This document shows positions 9,492 to 19,889 of a DNA stretch of 64,000 bases, in pieces (position 1 is the first letter of the stretch; every line of letters begins with the position of its first letter). The stretch comes from Nitrosopumilaceae archaeon (GTDB lineage Archaea; Thermoproteota; Nitrososphaeria; Nitrososphaerales; Nitrosopumilaceae), in assembly GCA_965208905.1 (NCBI GenBank), contig OZ242365.1, positions 256,001 to 320,000 on the forward strand, written 5' to 3'. The position numbers and the translations under genes are program-made. The notes beneath the pieces are model-generated. The model was not told the origin of the DNA, searched no databases, and worked only from the letters and a program-made list of their open reading frames with translations.

Positions 9492-10552
9492 GGTATTTTA
9501 GCCACCGCCACCGTCAAATCTGGAGGAAATTTTTGTTTCTCTATAACTAAATTACCATTAGAGACCAATATGGCTGCTGCCTCAGATACACTGGGGGTAC
9601 CCTCAAACTTTTTAACTACACCAGATGGGTTTGGTATAGATACCTGAGCCAACTCACCTCTCTCTACTAGATGCAATGATACATTTAACATATTGGCTGC
9701 ATCTTGAATTCCCGGTATTGTATATGACTTCTTTATGGATGCGATCTTTGCAACACATTTCAGACTAAAATTATATTTTTTTAATGACTGAATTATGCCT
9801 CTTTGTATAGTCTCGGATGTCGTATTATGATGTAACCCCACCCCTATAACAAGGGAGGGGGGCCTATAAAGAACAGCTTTATCTGCAACATCACTAGACA
9901 CTATACTGTCAGTAAGTATACGGTCAGTAATTATCAGATAGCCCTTGCTGTTGGATTGTACTAGTCCGTCTAGTGTATCATATATGGTCACATTGGATGG
10001 TAATGGGTGGTGCCACCAATTCTTATCTCCAGCATCCTGAAATATGCCTATGGGCTCTTCATTTACCATATATGCACTGATACGGGTCACATTGGTATCA
10101 TCATCAATCGCCCATCCCAAATCTCTGCCCACCAAATCTACAGAGATTGTTTTATTAACATCAGCCGCAGTGGTTATGACTGGTGTTGCTCCAGTCTCTT
10201 TTGCAATCTTGTTGGCCAATTTATTTGCGCCTCCCAAATGTCCAGATAGTACGCTTATTACAAAGTTGAGTTTGTCATCTATGACTATAACGGCGGGATC
10301 ACTCTTTTTATCTTTAAGGTGAGGCGATATCAGCCGTATTACCGCACCCAATGAAAAGATATACACTACACCATCATATTTGGAGAACAGTTCTCCGGCC
10401 ATCTGTGTTGTAGAGTTATCATACCATATTATGCCAGATTCAGAGTCTTGCAATTTTTTGGGAGAGTATAATGTCATGTCAGTAAATATCTCTGTTAATC
10501 GTCGTCCAATTTTTTTACCGTTCTTTGTTATTGCCAAAATTGCCACCTTCAT
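9488..10552 (-). CDS. cbiG: Cobalt-precorrin-5A hydrolase
   Basis: DKKSDPAVIVID, SVLSGHLGGAN, PVITTAAD, SVSEAAA. Confidence 0.93.
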   Translation of the reverse strand: MKVAILAITKNGKKIGRRLTEIFTDMTLYSPKKLQDSESGIIWYDNSTTQMAGELFSKYDGVVYIFSLGAVIRLISPHLKDKKSDPAVIVIDDKLNFVISVLSGHLGGANKLANKIAKETGATPVITTAADVNKTISVDLVGRDLGWAIDDDTNVTRISAYMVNEEPIGIFQDAGDKNWWHHPLPSNVTIYDTLDGLVQSNSKGYLIITDRILTDSIVSSDVADKAVLYRPPSLVIGVGLHHNTTSETIQRGIIQSLKKYNFSLKCVAKIASIKKSYTIPGIQDAANMLNVSLHLVERGELAQVSIPNPSGVVKKFEGTPSVSEAAAILVSNGNLVIEKQKFPPDLTVAVAKIP

Positions 10553-10695
10553 AATATTGAATGGTACAATATGTTGCATAAAATACCTTTTGTTCTACAG
10601 ATATTAGTGATGCAAGCATCTTGCAGATGTTTTGTGTGTAGTGGGTTTGACTGTTTGTATGGTAAGGATTGTATCATTGTTATGGCCTCTTGTAA

Positions 10696-11394
10696 TTATG
10701 CAAGATTTTTTGAGGTATTTTTACGCAATCTTCTTTGGATTATTATAAAAGCTACACCTGCAGGAGTTGCCAGAACGGAAAAGAGTATCCCCATTGAAAG
10801 ATAGTCGTTCACAAATAGTTTTGTCTCAAACCATGCCATTGGTAGTGTCAAAAGAAAGTTCTCACCAGAAAAATCCTCAATTGTACCAATGGATAGAGCG
10901 TATCTTCCACCCACTCCTTCATCTGCAACCACGACATAGTATTGCCCATCAATAGGAATGTTGGTTGTGACCTCTTGTCTCTCCCAGTAGGTCACTTGGC
11001 CAAATGGCTCATAGAATTCGTTCCCGGGAAAGTCGCCATTGTATGGAAACTCCTCAACGTTTGGCCCAATCTCAAGTAGAGCAATACTATTCTCAACCCC
11101 TGCCGGGCTCACCAAAAATAGTGATGGCGAGTACTCTTCTAATCCATTTATTTTGGGAATTAATATGCTTGCATAAAATGGGTCACCGTGTTTGGCCTCA
11201 AACGTGTAAAACTTTACTCCGTTCGCATCCAGATTATCGTAGATGGCCCAAGAGATGCGGTGATTGGGTATGTAAAGGGCGGAGTCAAAATCTGTATGTG
11301 TCCCATCGTGGGTTATTAGTTTGTGGGCATGTGCTGGACCTGTTGTGATTATAATTATTGTGAAAATCAAAAGGAGCGGTATAATCTTTGACAT
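10696..11394 (-). CDS. Hypothetical exported protein with signal peptide, His-rich N-terminus and C-terminal membrane anchor
   Basis: Hydrophobic N-term ending AHA, mature start HKLITHDGTH, FYEPFGQ, C-terminal TM helix followed by RRLRK. Confidence 0.75.
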   Translation of the reverse strand: MSKIIPLLLIFTIIIITTGPAHAHKLITHDGTHTDFDSALYIPNHRISWAIYDNLDANGVKFYTFEAKHGDPFYASILIPKINGLEEYSPSLFLVSPAGVENSIALLEIGPNVEEFPYNGDFPGNEFYEPFGQVTYWERQEVTTNIPIDGQYYVVVADEGVGGRYALSIGTIEDFSGENFLLTLPMAWFETKLFVNDYLSMGILFSVLATPAGVAFIIIQRRLRKNTSKNLA

Positions 11395-11939
11395 AATTTT
11401 ATCTGTTAAAAATTATATTTTAGTTGTAGGGTAAATCTAAATCAGAATGGCACTAGATCTTGGGCAAACTAAACCGTTGTGGCATATATACCTCAAATTT
11501 GGGGCCAAATATTATGGTCATATTGGTTGTGGCGCCTCATAATGTTGCAAAACTCTCAAGTCTATTTTGGTAAACTCATGTAGTGCACTTGGACTATACA
11601 GATGGCCTTTCCTGTACTGTGATTGGCCCGTTTTAATATCAAATTTTATATTATAATTAACTTCTGGAGAATATCGATGAGAGTCTCTCCCCCACTGAAT
11701 TATGTTCTGTTGAATTGTGGTTGTAAAAGTTGAGTGTTCGGTATTTGCAATCAGGTGTATTTAATACAATACGAATTTATTTTAAAATACATAAAGTAAT
11801 AATAAACAATATTTTACATTTATTATCTTACAATTTATACTAGAATAATTATCATCTATAATTTGACCGTCCAAGACAGACGAGTAGTTTTTTGCATGAT
11901 GATACAACACTGAAACTATAACAGATTTGTAATATATGA

Positions 11940-13013
11940 TTAGGCATGTTTGGATGTGTTGCCTATAACCAACCCCTCAAAGTCAAACATTATTACATCA
12001 ACATGTGTATCATTAGCGCGACTCTGCATATGTTTGCGCACGCGCTGACATATCTTATCAAAAAAGTTTGGGATATTATTCTGTTGTATCATCTCCATAA
12101 CGTGTCGTGCCGTATTTGCCTTTTGTATATCACGTATGATATAGTCTGGTGCTCCACACTCTTTGGCTATATCGGATAGTAATTTCATATCCACCTTGGA
12201 GCCTTTTACATGCGTCTGAGACACACCTGCAGCCATCTTTGCTAACTTTCCTACAAATCCCACCACATATGCTTTTTGTAGTCCTTTTTTGCCACACTGC
12301 TGTATTGCATAGCCAGAAAAGTCGCCTATCTGGACATAACAGTGATCCGGTAACTTTACGAGTTTCTTGGCATACTCTTCACTACGGCTACCAGTTGTCA
12401 GTACGACTGTATCACTTTTCATGGCTACGGCCACATCAAGATTTTGTCGTATTGAAGCAGCAAATGATGCCGTCGAAAACGGCACTACTATGCCACTAGT
12501 ACCTAGTATTGATATTCCGCCCATAATTCCCAACCGAGGATTGTCTGTCTTTGGGGCTAGATTTGCACCGTCGGGGACAGATATTGTTACTTTGAGTCCG
12601 GTCTTTTGTATCATTGCTGTGTTCACCTCCCGAAGATTCTCCTGAATCATGCGTCGAGGTACGGGATTTATCGCTGGCCCCCCTATATCCAATCCCAGAC
12701 CGGGTTTGGTAACTATACCCACACCCACCCCACCGTGTATGGTAATCACGTCGGGATCATCACCAGATACAACATCAGTTACAATCTGAGTGCCGTGGGT
12801 AACATCTGGATCATCACCACCATCCTTGATAATAGTACATCGCGCACCGGTCTCTGTTACATTGCATGATTCTATGGGTATGTCAATATAGTCGCCTCGG
12901 GGTAGCCGCACGGCAACTGTGGATACCTGTACATTATTCAGTAGCATTAGTGCTGCTTTTGCACCAGCGGCGGCGCATGTGCCGGTGGTATAACCAGTAC
13001 GCAATTTTGCCAT
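11940..13013 (-). CDS. cbiD: Cobalt-precorrin-5B C1-methyltransferase
   Basis: LRTGYTTGTCAAA, KDGGDDPDVTHG, AINPVPR, NPRLGIMGGISILGTSG. Confidence 0.96.
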   Translation of the reverse strand: MAKLRTGYTTGTCAAAGAKAALMLLNNVQVSTVAVRLPRGDYIDIPIESCNVTETGARCTIIKDGGDDPDVTHGTQIVTDVVSGDDPDVITIHGGVGVGIVTKPGLGLDIGGPAINPVPRRMIQENLREVNTAMIQKTGLKVTISVPDGANLAPKTDNPRLGIMGGISILGTSGIVVPFSTASFAASIRQNLDVAVAMKSDTVVLTTGSRSEEYAKKLVKLPDHCYVQIGDFSGYAIQQCGKKGLQKAYVVGFVGKLAKMAAGVSQTHVKGSKVDMKLLSDIAKECGAPDYIIRDIQKANTARHVMEMIQQNNIPNFFDKICQRVRKHMQSRANDTHVDVIMFDFEGLVIGNTSKHA

Positions 13014-13069
13014 TATACACTTGTTAAATCAGTATCTTTTAATTTTTTAATTATAATACAACATCAAAC

Positions 13070-13918
13070 ATGAAGATATTCGTAACTGGGGCTAGTGGCT
13101 TTGTAGCCAAAAATATACGATGTGCACTCTCAAAAGCAGGCCATCAAATCGTTTCGACGTCTCGTAAAAGAGTAACACCTGTATTACATAACGAAGAGAA
13201 TCTACAGACCGACTACTCTGATGATCACAGCATAATACCACATATGAAATCTGCTCATGCAGCAATACATCTGGTCGGAAGTGGCATACAGACTACCAGT
13301 ATTCAGTATCATATGATAAATCAACGCCTGACTGAGCGTGTAATAAGGTGGTGCAAGGATGCAGATATACCCCGAATCATATACTTTAGCGGTCTTGGAG
13401 TCTCTGCAGATACCACACAGGGCTACTTCATATCAAAGTATCTGGCCGAAGAAGCAATAAGGCAGTCTGGACTAGACTATGTAATATTTCGACCCTCATA
13501 TATAATAGGCAAAGATGACTATCTAAGTTGTAATTTACAGAGACAGATCAAAGATGGTAACGTAGTAATTCCCGGTTCGGGCAAATATGTAATGCAGCCC
13601 ATATCCATACACGATGTTATCCGCATTGTGATAAAGTCAATACATGATGATGCATTCTGTAATAGTACACTAGATATGGTTGGGCCTCGCATAATATCAT
13701 ACAAGAGTTATGTCAAAATGTTTGTTAAAAATAGTGCAAGGGTAACTCATATGGATGCAGAAGAGGCATACAGGCAGGCCATCTGTGGAGAGACGACATA
13801 CTATTCGATAGATGATCTAAATATCATGATGGGGAGTTTTGTGGGAAATCATGATAAACTAGCAAGTATATCGGATATGAAATTTCATGACTTTTTAGAG
13901 GCCGGCAGCACGTCGTAG
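13070..13918 (+). CDS. NAD-dependent epimerase/dehydratase family (atypical SDR)
   Basis: [34 protein letters not shown]. Confidence 0.85.
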   Translation: MKIFVTGASGFVAKNIRCALSKAGHQIVSTSRKRVTPVLHNEENLQTDYSDDHSIIPHMKSAHAAIHLVGSGIQTTSIQYHMINQRLTERVIRWCKDADIPRIIYFSGLGVSADTTQGYFISKYLAEEAIRQSGLDYVIFRPSYIIGKDDYLSCNLQRQIKDGNVVIPGSGKYVMQPISIHDVIRIVIKSIHDDAFCNSTLDMVGPRIISYKSYVKMFVKNSARVTHMDAEEAYRQAICGETTYYSIDDLNIMMGSFVGNHDKLASISDMKFHDFLEAGSTS

Positions 13919-15067
13919 TATGTCTGCCTTGTCGGTTCGCTCCCAAATAAATTCGGGATCTTCACGACCAAAGTGACCATACGTGGATGACTTTTGATAT
14001 ATAGGTCTCTTTAGATCCAATTGTGTTATTATACTTGAAGGAGTCAAATCAAAGTTTTTACGCACTATATCTTCTATATCTTTGTCGGGTATACGGCCTG
14101 TGCCAAATGTTACAACGTATAATGAGACCGGCTCGCTCATTCCTATGGCGTATGCCACCTGAACCTCACACCTGTCGGCTAGGCCGGCGGCTACTATGTT
14201 CTTTGCTATATATCGGCACATGTAGCTGGCGGATCTATCTACCTTTGAAGGATCTTTGCCCGAGAACGCGCCACCGCCATGTCGTGACATACCACCATAT
14301 GTATCTACGATTATCTTGCGGCCAGTAACTCCAGCATCACCATGAGGGCCACCAATCACAAAACGGCCGGTGGGATTGATGTGTACATTTATGGAGTCAT
14401 TCCATAAATCACCCAAGACTGGTTTTATCACCTTTTCAATTATGGTGTCATGTATAATTCGATTGGGCACACCCGGATCGTGCTGTGTAGAGACGACCAC
14501 CGTCTCTATGGCAATGGGTTTTCCGTCCTCGTACCGAACAGATACCTGAGATTTGCCATCGGGTCTTAACCAGGTTACTGCATTGGTGCGACGCATATGT
14601 GATAGTTGTCGTGTCAGTTTGTGTGCCAATAGTATGGGCATGGGCATCAGTTCGGGAGTCTCGTTGGTAGCATATCCAAACATCAATCCCTGATCTCCCG
14701 CTCCTTGATCTTTATCTAGTGTGGCATCCACACCCTGGCCTATATCGGGACTTTGGGGGTGTAGACGTAGTATCACCTCACACGAGTCTGTATCAAACTT
14801 CAAATCCGGACTGTCATATCCAATATCTCGAATTATCTGTCTAACAATTCTTTCTTGTTGTGTGGCATCAAGTTCTGTCTTGGATGTAACTTCGCCGGCC
14901 ACAGATACAAAACCCGTAGTCACCATGGCTTCAACGGCCACTCGAGAATCAGGATCGGCGCGCAGATAGGCATCTACGAATGCATCTGATATTTGATCAC
15001 AAACCTTGTCCGGATGTCCTTCAGTTACCGATTCGGACGTAAACAGGTAGGATGGGCTAGAGCTCAT
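13895..15067 (-). CDS. metK: S-adenosylmethionine synthetase, bacterial type
   Basis: [41 protein letters not shown]. Confidence 0.97.
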   Translation of the reverse strand: MSSSPSYLFTSESVTEGHPDKVCDQISDAFVDAYLRADPDSRVAVEAMVTTGFVSVAGEVTSKTELDATQQERIVRQIIRDIGYDSPDLKFDTDSCEVILRLHPQSPDIGQGVDATLDKDQGAGDQGLMFGYATNETPELMPMPILLAHKLTRQLSHMRRTNAVTWLRPDGKSQVSVRYEDGKPIAIETVVVSTQHDPGVPNRIIHDTIIEKVIKPVLGDLWNDSINVHINPTGRFVIGGPHGDAGVTGRKIIVDTYGGMSRHGGGAFSGKDPSKVDRSASYMCRYIAKNIVAAGLADRCEVQVAYAIGMSEPVSLYVVTFGTGRIPDKDIEDIVRKNFDLTPSSIITQLDLKRPIYQKSSTYGHFGREDPEFIWERTDKADILRRAAGL

Positions 15068-15299
15068 TTTCAAGTTTGATGAACAGTACGTTGTTGCCTC
15101 TTACAATAATTCGACCATATTTTCCTACAACCTTACTTGATTGTATCTCTTCGGCATTGGTCATAATTAAATTCATGTAAGAGTCCACATTGTCCATCTT
15201 TCCTTTGTATTCTACCTCGTTTTTAAGCCGTACAGTAACCTTCTTTTTTGTATTCTTTTGCAGGGTTGTCAATGGTCGTTGCACATTTGTCTGGGACAT
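15057..15299 (-). CDS. Sm/Lsm small nuclear ribonucleoprotein
   Basis: VRLKN..Y.G....[17 protein letters not shown]. Confidence 0.93.
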   Translation of the reverse strand: MSQTNVQRPLTTLQKNTKKKVTVRLKNEVEYKGKMDNVDSYMNLIMTNAEEIQSSKVVGKYGRIIVRGNNVLFIKLENEL

Positions 15300-15452
15300 T
15301 ACACTTCCTTTTTTTAATTTATTTCATGAATAAAAGCCTTCCTTTTTGATTTTTTGATGCTCATGATCTCTGATTAAAATAGGTTCAGATGACGTTCAAG
15401 ATGATAATACAAATAGTTAGATGAGGGAGTTTATTGAATAAGTCTCACAATC

Positions 15453-15893
15453 ATGGAACTAAAAGATATTGTTAGCGTGTATCTGGAGGCGTTTCCGGCG
15501 CATCGAAGAAGACCTACCGAAGACTTGCGCAGAATGATAAACGATGGTACGTATAAAACATATACAAATAGTGATGCTTTTGGCCTAGTGCTGGAGTTGG
15601 AGGGATTCTCACTGCTGAATTATTTTGCAGTACGTAGTGGGATGCGAAAAACAGGGGTTGGTTCAGAATTATACAGAACGATAGTAAAGAATCATGATCC
15701 CATACTAATGGAGGTCAGAAGAGGACTACAATTCTACTTTAAACATGGGGCGCGTTTGATACGGTGGTACCATAAGCCACCACACTACACAGACACAGCA
15801 CCATACTCCATGATGCTTGTATATCATGGTTCAAAACCACTTCCATCTAACTATATTGAAGCTATACGTAGAGTCTACTCGGGTCTTGTATGA
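15453..15893 (+). CDS. GNAT-family acetyltransferase
   Basis: YLEAFP, YFAVRSGMRKTGVGS acetyl-CoA motif, FYFKHGA. Confidence 0.7.
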   Translation: MELKDIVSVYLEAFPAHRRRPTEDLRRMINDGTYKTYTNSDAFGLVLELEGFSLLNYFAVRSGMRKTGVGSELYRTIVKNHDPILMEVRRGLQFYFKHGARLIRWYHKPPHYTDTAPYSMMLVYHGSKPLPSNYIEAIRRVYSGLV

Positions 15894-15977
15894 GTTATTC
15901 ATAACACGATATACTCTCTGGTACGACAATGACCTTACAGATGCCCCTTTTTATCATTGAGATTCACATGATAACAC

Positions 15978-16607
15978 ATGGTGTATACAGGTATTAGAGA
16001 GGTGGATAGGTTTTTGGGTGGGGGTTTGTTGCCTGGAACCATACTGGACATTTATGGGCCTGGAGGTGCAGGTAAGACGCAGGCATTACTACAGATATCA
16101 TCGATGGCAGTTCAAGCAGGATATAAAGTGGGATACATAGATTCCACGGGCGACTTTAGGCCTGAAAGAGTGTACGACATATGTCAGAATGACTTGGTTT
16201 TAGACTTGATACAGGTATCCCGAGTCACCAATGTGGCAGAGCAGATAAGGTCAATCCATCAATTTGATGATGTATCCATGATAATACTAGATAATGTGAC
16301 AGACTTGTTTACATATGAGTACTACAAAGAGGGCCGACAACACATCAGAAACCAAAGATTTGCCAGACATATGCAAGATATGTCACGTTTGGCGTTAAGA
16401 CATGAAATACCCATCATAATATCAAATATGATGAGATATTCAGGTGTTGAGCACGTTGAGAGTTTGGATTACATAGTTAATTTGTACACTCATGTTAAGT
16501 TGCATCTTGGTGGCTCACCCGAATATATGGCGCATCTGGTTTTGGCCCACAAGGAGACAGAGTTTCAATATGCAATAACACATACAGGCATACAGTCGGT
16601 GAACTAG
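15978..16607 (+). CDS. RadA/RadB-like recombinase paralogue lacking N-terminal domain
   Basis: TGIREVDRFLGGG, Walker A GPGGAGKT, YIDSTGDFRPER, Walker B IILDN. Confidence 0.85.
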   Translation: MVYTGIREVDRFLGGGLLPGTILDIYGPGGAGKTQALLQISSMAVQAGYKVGYIDSTGDFRPERVYDICQNDLVLDLIQVSRVTNVAEQIRSIHQFDDVSMIILDNVTDLFTYEYYKEGRQHIRNQRFARHMQDMSRLALRHEIPIIISNMMRYSGVEHVESLDYIVNLYTHVKLHLGGSPEYMAHLVLAHKETEFQYAITHTGIQSVN

Positions 16608-16819
16608 GCATCCCATGGAAGTGGTTCGCTGGGAACCATATTACCCAATGCAAAGTATATTCCCATGGAGATCAGTGATGAGAGGGCTCCCACTAACAGA
16701 CAGTTCTTTGCCATGACATTGTCTGACTTGCGTAGTATAAACCATGTAATAAAACCCCCTATTACGCCAAAGAGTATGGGAATTGCATACCACAGCTTGT
16801 TACTCTGCTCTCTATACAT
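16604..16819 (-). CDS. Small two-TM membrane protein
   Basis: MYREQSNKLWYAIPILFGVIGGFITWFILRKSD..AKNCLLVG; 71 aa. Confidence 0.7.
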   Translation of the reverse strand: MYREQSNKLWYAIPILFGVIGGFITWFILRKSDNVMAKNCLLVGALSSLISMGIYFALGNMVPSEPLPWDA

Positions 16820-17207
16820 ACCACATATACATGAAAAAATATCAATTTGTATGTTGGCTAGCGGCGCCATGGCCATCCGGAAAATAAAGAATGATAGGGC
16901 CGCCGGCTGAGGCATCCAACATATATTGATACAATAGGCCGCATTAGTACTAGATTTCATTCATCATGCATGATTGAGCCCAAAACATACTCAAAGTTAT
17001 ACAGTATAATCTGGATTTTGTCAACGACACATCTTAAGGTGGACCCACCGGCCATCAATGGTACAATTTATAGTATCATTCAAATTTGTATGGGGGCGAC
17101 CATAGCAAATAATTTATTTCCGTAGATACACAGGATTGTCGTGTACGATGCAATACCAATTATAGTGCCAATACTCTTTGTAATAGGTACTGTAGGTGCA
17201 CTGGTGT

Positions 17208-19889
17208 ATGACCGAGCAAATAAAGAGAGATAGTCTGCAAGCACTGTTTGCCGACATGGGTTTTAGTTCACTGACCAATATACAACAGAGGGCATCTCCT
17301 GCAATACTACAGAAACACGACTGTCTGGTTATAGCTCCGACCGGCTCAGGCAAGACCGAGTGTGCCGTCATTCCTGCATTTCATATAATGGGAAGGGGGA
17401 AAGGGGAAGGGATACGTTGCCTATACATAACCCCATTAAGGGCGCTAAATCGTGATGTCTTTCGTCGTATTGAACACTACGCAAAAAGAAACGGCCTGAC
17501 CGTTCAGGTACGACATGGAGACACCACGGCCACCATGAGAAGACGCATAGCCGACTCTCCTCCAGACATACTGATCTCAACACCTGAGACAGCGGTGGTA
17601 TTATTATCCCAAGAGAAGATGTTAAAGGCCCTATCCCATCTACAGTGGGTTATAGTAGATGAGGTTCACGAGGTACTATCCAATGAGAGAGGCTCACAAC
17701 TCAGTATTACAATGGAGAGGCTGCAGATGAATTCAACGTATACACTAACAAGAGTAGGCCTCTCGGCAACGGTGGGAAACCCACAGTTGGCAGCAAAGTT
17801 TCTGGTTGGAACAAAACGGAGATGCCGCATTAAACATGACAGGACATTAAGAAGATATGATGTGGATGTGCGTTTAGAGAGGGGGGGCATCTCAGGGGTT
17901 GCAGATGTCATAGCGACATATGTAAAAGAGCACAAGACAGACTCACCCACACTACTATTCACCAATACTCGAAGTGAAGCAGAGATGCTAGCATCCATAC
18001 TAAAGAGTAAAGTGGCCATACCAGTGGAGATGCATCATGGTTCGCTCTCAAAGCAAGTAAGAGAAGAGACCGAACAAATATTGCGTGAGGATCAAAAAGG
18101 ATTGGTGGTATGTACCTCGTCTCTGGAGCTGGGTATAGATGTGGGAACTGTTGATACGGTCATACATTATGGCTCACCCCATCAAGTGTCAAAGTTACTG
18201 CAACGTATAGGCAGAAGTCGCCACAAAAGCGGCAGATCAGCCTCAGGTTTGATAGTTACAAGTCGTCATGACGACTACATCGAGGTGGCAGCCATACTAG
18301 ATAGAGTCAAACGACGCAGTATAGAGCAGTACATACACAACTCTCCTTTAGATGTATTGGCACACCATATGGTGGGATTGCTATACCAGTGTGGTACTGT
18401 AAGTGTACAGGATGTCTTGTTGATGGCAAGTGCGGCATTTCCATTCCGCTCAGTGAGTATATCAGATATACATAATACACTACTATTATTGGAAGAGAAC
18501 CGTGTAGTGAAGTTTGATCAGGAAAGTGTGACATACTCGGCGGGTAGTCGCACATTCTGGTATCACTTAGAGAATCTATCCACAATTCCAGACATACTTA
18601 AATTTCAAGTATTTGATAGTGTGGGTAAAAAAATAATCGGCAGTCTGGACCAACGATTTGTGGGGGATAATGAGGTTGGTGATCTCTTTGTGCTAAAAGG
18701 TTCTCAATGGAAGATCTTGGCTGTGGATGAAAAGTCATTCCGGGTCAATGTAGAACCACATAGAAGAGGTACCACCATACCGCGTTGGGAGGGTGAGAGC
18801 ATACCTGTAGAGAGGGAGACTGCGCAGACTGTTGGCATGTTGCGCCAGAGTGACTCAGGAGACATGAAAGAATCGATACCATACCACAAAACCATACTAG
18901 TCGAGTCGAACAGGCATAAGGGCACGCTGGTACTTCACGCGTGCTTGGGGACTAGAATAAACCTGACATTAGCCTCCATACTATCTGCAATACTCTCATC
19001 ATCTATAACAGGTACAGTTCAGGTTCGTTCGGATGCATACAGGATAATGTTGACCTCTGCTCATCATATAACCGAACATCAAGTAATGGACATACTGCAG
19101 TCCGAGTATGACATACTTGATACTGTTACTGCATCGGTGGTCGGCAAGCACAATATCAACTGGCGCATATGGAATACCGCCAGAAAGTTTGGCGTTATAC
19201 GAAAAGGTATTGTGTATGATCAACGGCGAGCGCGCTACCTATACAAAAGATATCGTAACACGCCCTTGGTAACAGAAGCCTTGCGGGAGCTCTTTCATGA
19301 AAAATACGATATTTCAGGAACAAAACAGATAATGAGACAGATACGGGATGGCACCATAGCGATAATCTGGGAAGATGTTGAAGAGTTCACGGATCTGGCC
19401 ATGCCAATACTGGATTATTCAGCATTGCACTACTCGGATGCGGCCAAGATAGACCCTGAACTATTAGATATAGTCAAAAGTAGACTATACAAGACTAAAC
19501 ATAGGCTGATATGTGCTCGGTGCGGTACATGGGAACGTGTAATGGAGACATCACAGATAACCAAGATGCCTCATTGTCCGTACTGCAGAGGCAGGCAGAT
19601 AACCACCACATTCTACTCTGACTATGAACTAACCAAGATAATATCAAAGAAATACAGTGGTAAAAGACTCACAAAAGAGGAAGCACACAGATACAAAAGG
19701 GCGTGGAAGGTAGCATCTCTAGTGGAGACCTTTGGGGTTACTGCCATTATAGTACTATCAGGGTATGGTGTGGGCGCGGACACTGGTGCGCGCATACTGC
19801 GCAACATGGTGGATGAAGAGCACATGTTTCGACAGATATACGATGCCGAGCGGCAGTATACAATGACTAGAGGGTTTTGGGATCAGTAG
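17208..19889 (+). CDS. lhr: Lhr-family DEAH-box helicase with C-terminal Zn finger
   Basis: APTGSGKT, PLRALNRD, DEVHE, SAT, SSLELGID, QRIGRSRH, C-terminal CxxC..CPYC. Confidence 0.92.
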   Translation: MTEQIKRDSLQALFADMGFSSLTNIQQRASPAILQKHDCLVIAPTGSGKTECAVIPAFHIMGRGKGEGIRCLYITPLRALNRDVFRRIEHYAKRNGLTVQVRHGDTTATMRRRIADSPPDILISTPETAVVLLSQEKMLKALSHLQWVIVDEVHEVLSNERGSQLSITMERLQMNSTYTLTRVGLSATVGNPQLAAKFLVGTKRRCRIKHDRTLRRYDVDVRLERGGISGVADVIATYVKEHKTDSPTLLFTNTRSEAEMLASILKSKVAIPVEMHHGSLSKQVREETEQILREDQKGLVVCTSSLELGIDVGTVDTVIHYGSPHQVSKLLQRIGRSRHKSGRSASGLIVTSRHDDYIEVAAILDRVKRRSIEQYIHNSPLDVLAHHMVGLLYQCGTVSVQDVLLMASAAFPFRSVSISDIHNTLLLLEENRVVKFDQESVTYSAGSRTFWYHLENLSTIPDILKFQVFDSVGKKIIGSLDQRFVGDNEVGDLFVLKGSQWKILAVDEKSFRVNVEPHRRGTTIPRWEGESIPVERETAQTVGMLRQSDSGDMKESIPYHKTILVESNRHKGTLVLHACLGTRINLTLASILSAILSSSITGTVQVRSDAYRIMLTSAHHITEHQVMDILQSEYDILDTVTASVVGKHNINWRIWNTARKFGVIRKGIVYDQRRARYLYKRYRNTPLVTEALRELFHEKYDISGTKQIMRQIRDGTIAIIWEDVEEFTDLAMPILDYSALHYSDAAKIDPELLDIVKSRLYKTKHRLICARCGTWERVMETSQITKMPHCPYCRGRQITTTFYSDYELTKIISKKYSGKRLTKEEAHRYKRAWKVASLVETFGVTAIIVLSGYGVGADTGARILRNMVDEEHMFRQIYDAERQYTMTRGFWDQ

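Noticed and set aside
11400-11935. Long spacer in the cbi cluster as a cobalamin riboswitch or Rieske remnant (KFDIKTG)
   Set aside because: No B12-box consensus and no Rieske Cys/His ligands found
13895-15067. Bacterial-type MetK (and dnaK/J/grpE) in an archaeon
   Set aside because: Already known for this lineage
16850-17070. Possible IS6-like transposase scraps (TIDGRWVHL..VVDK, AALSFF) on the minus strand
   Set aside because: Too short and frameshifted to support a call
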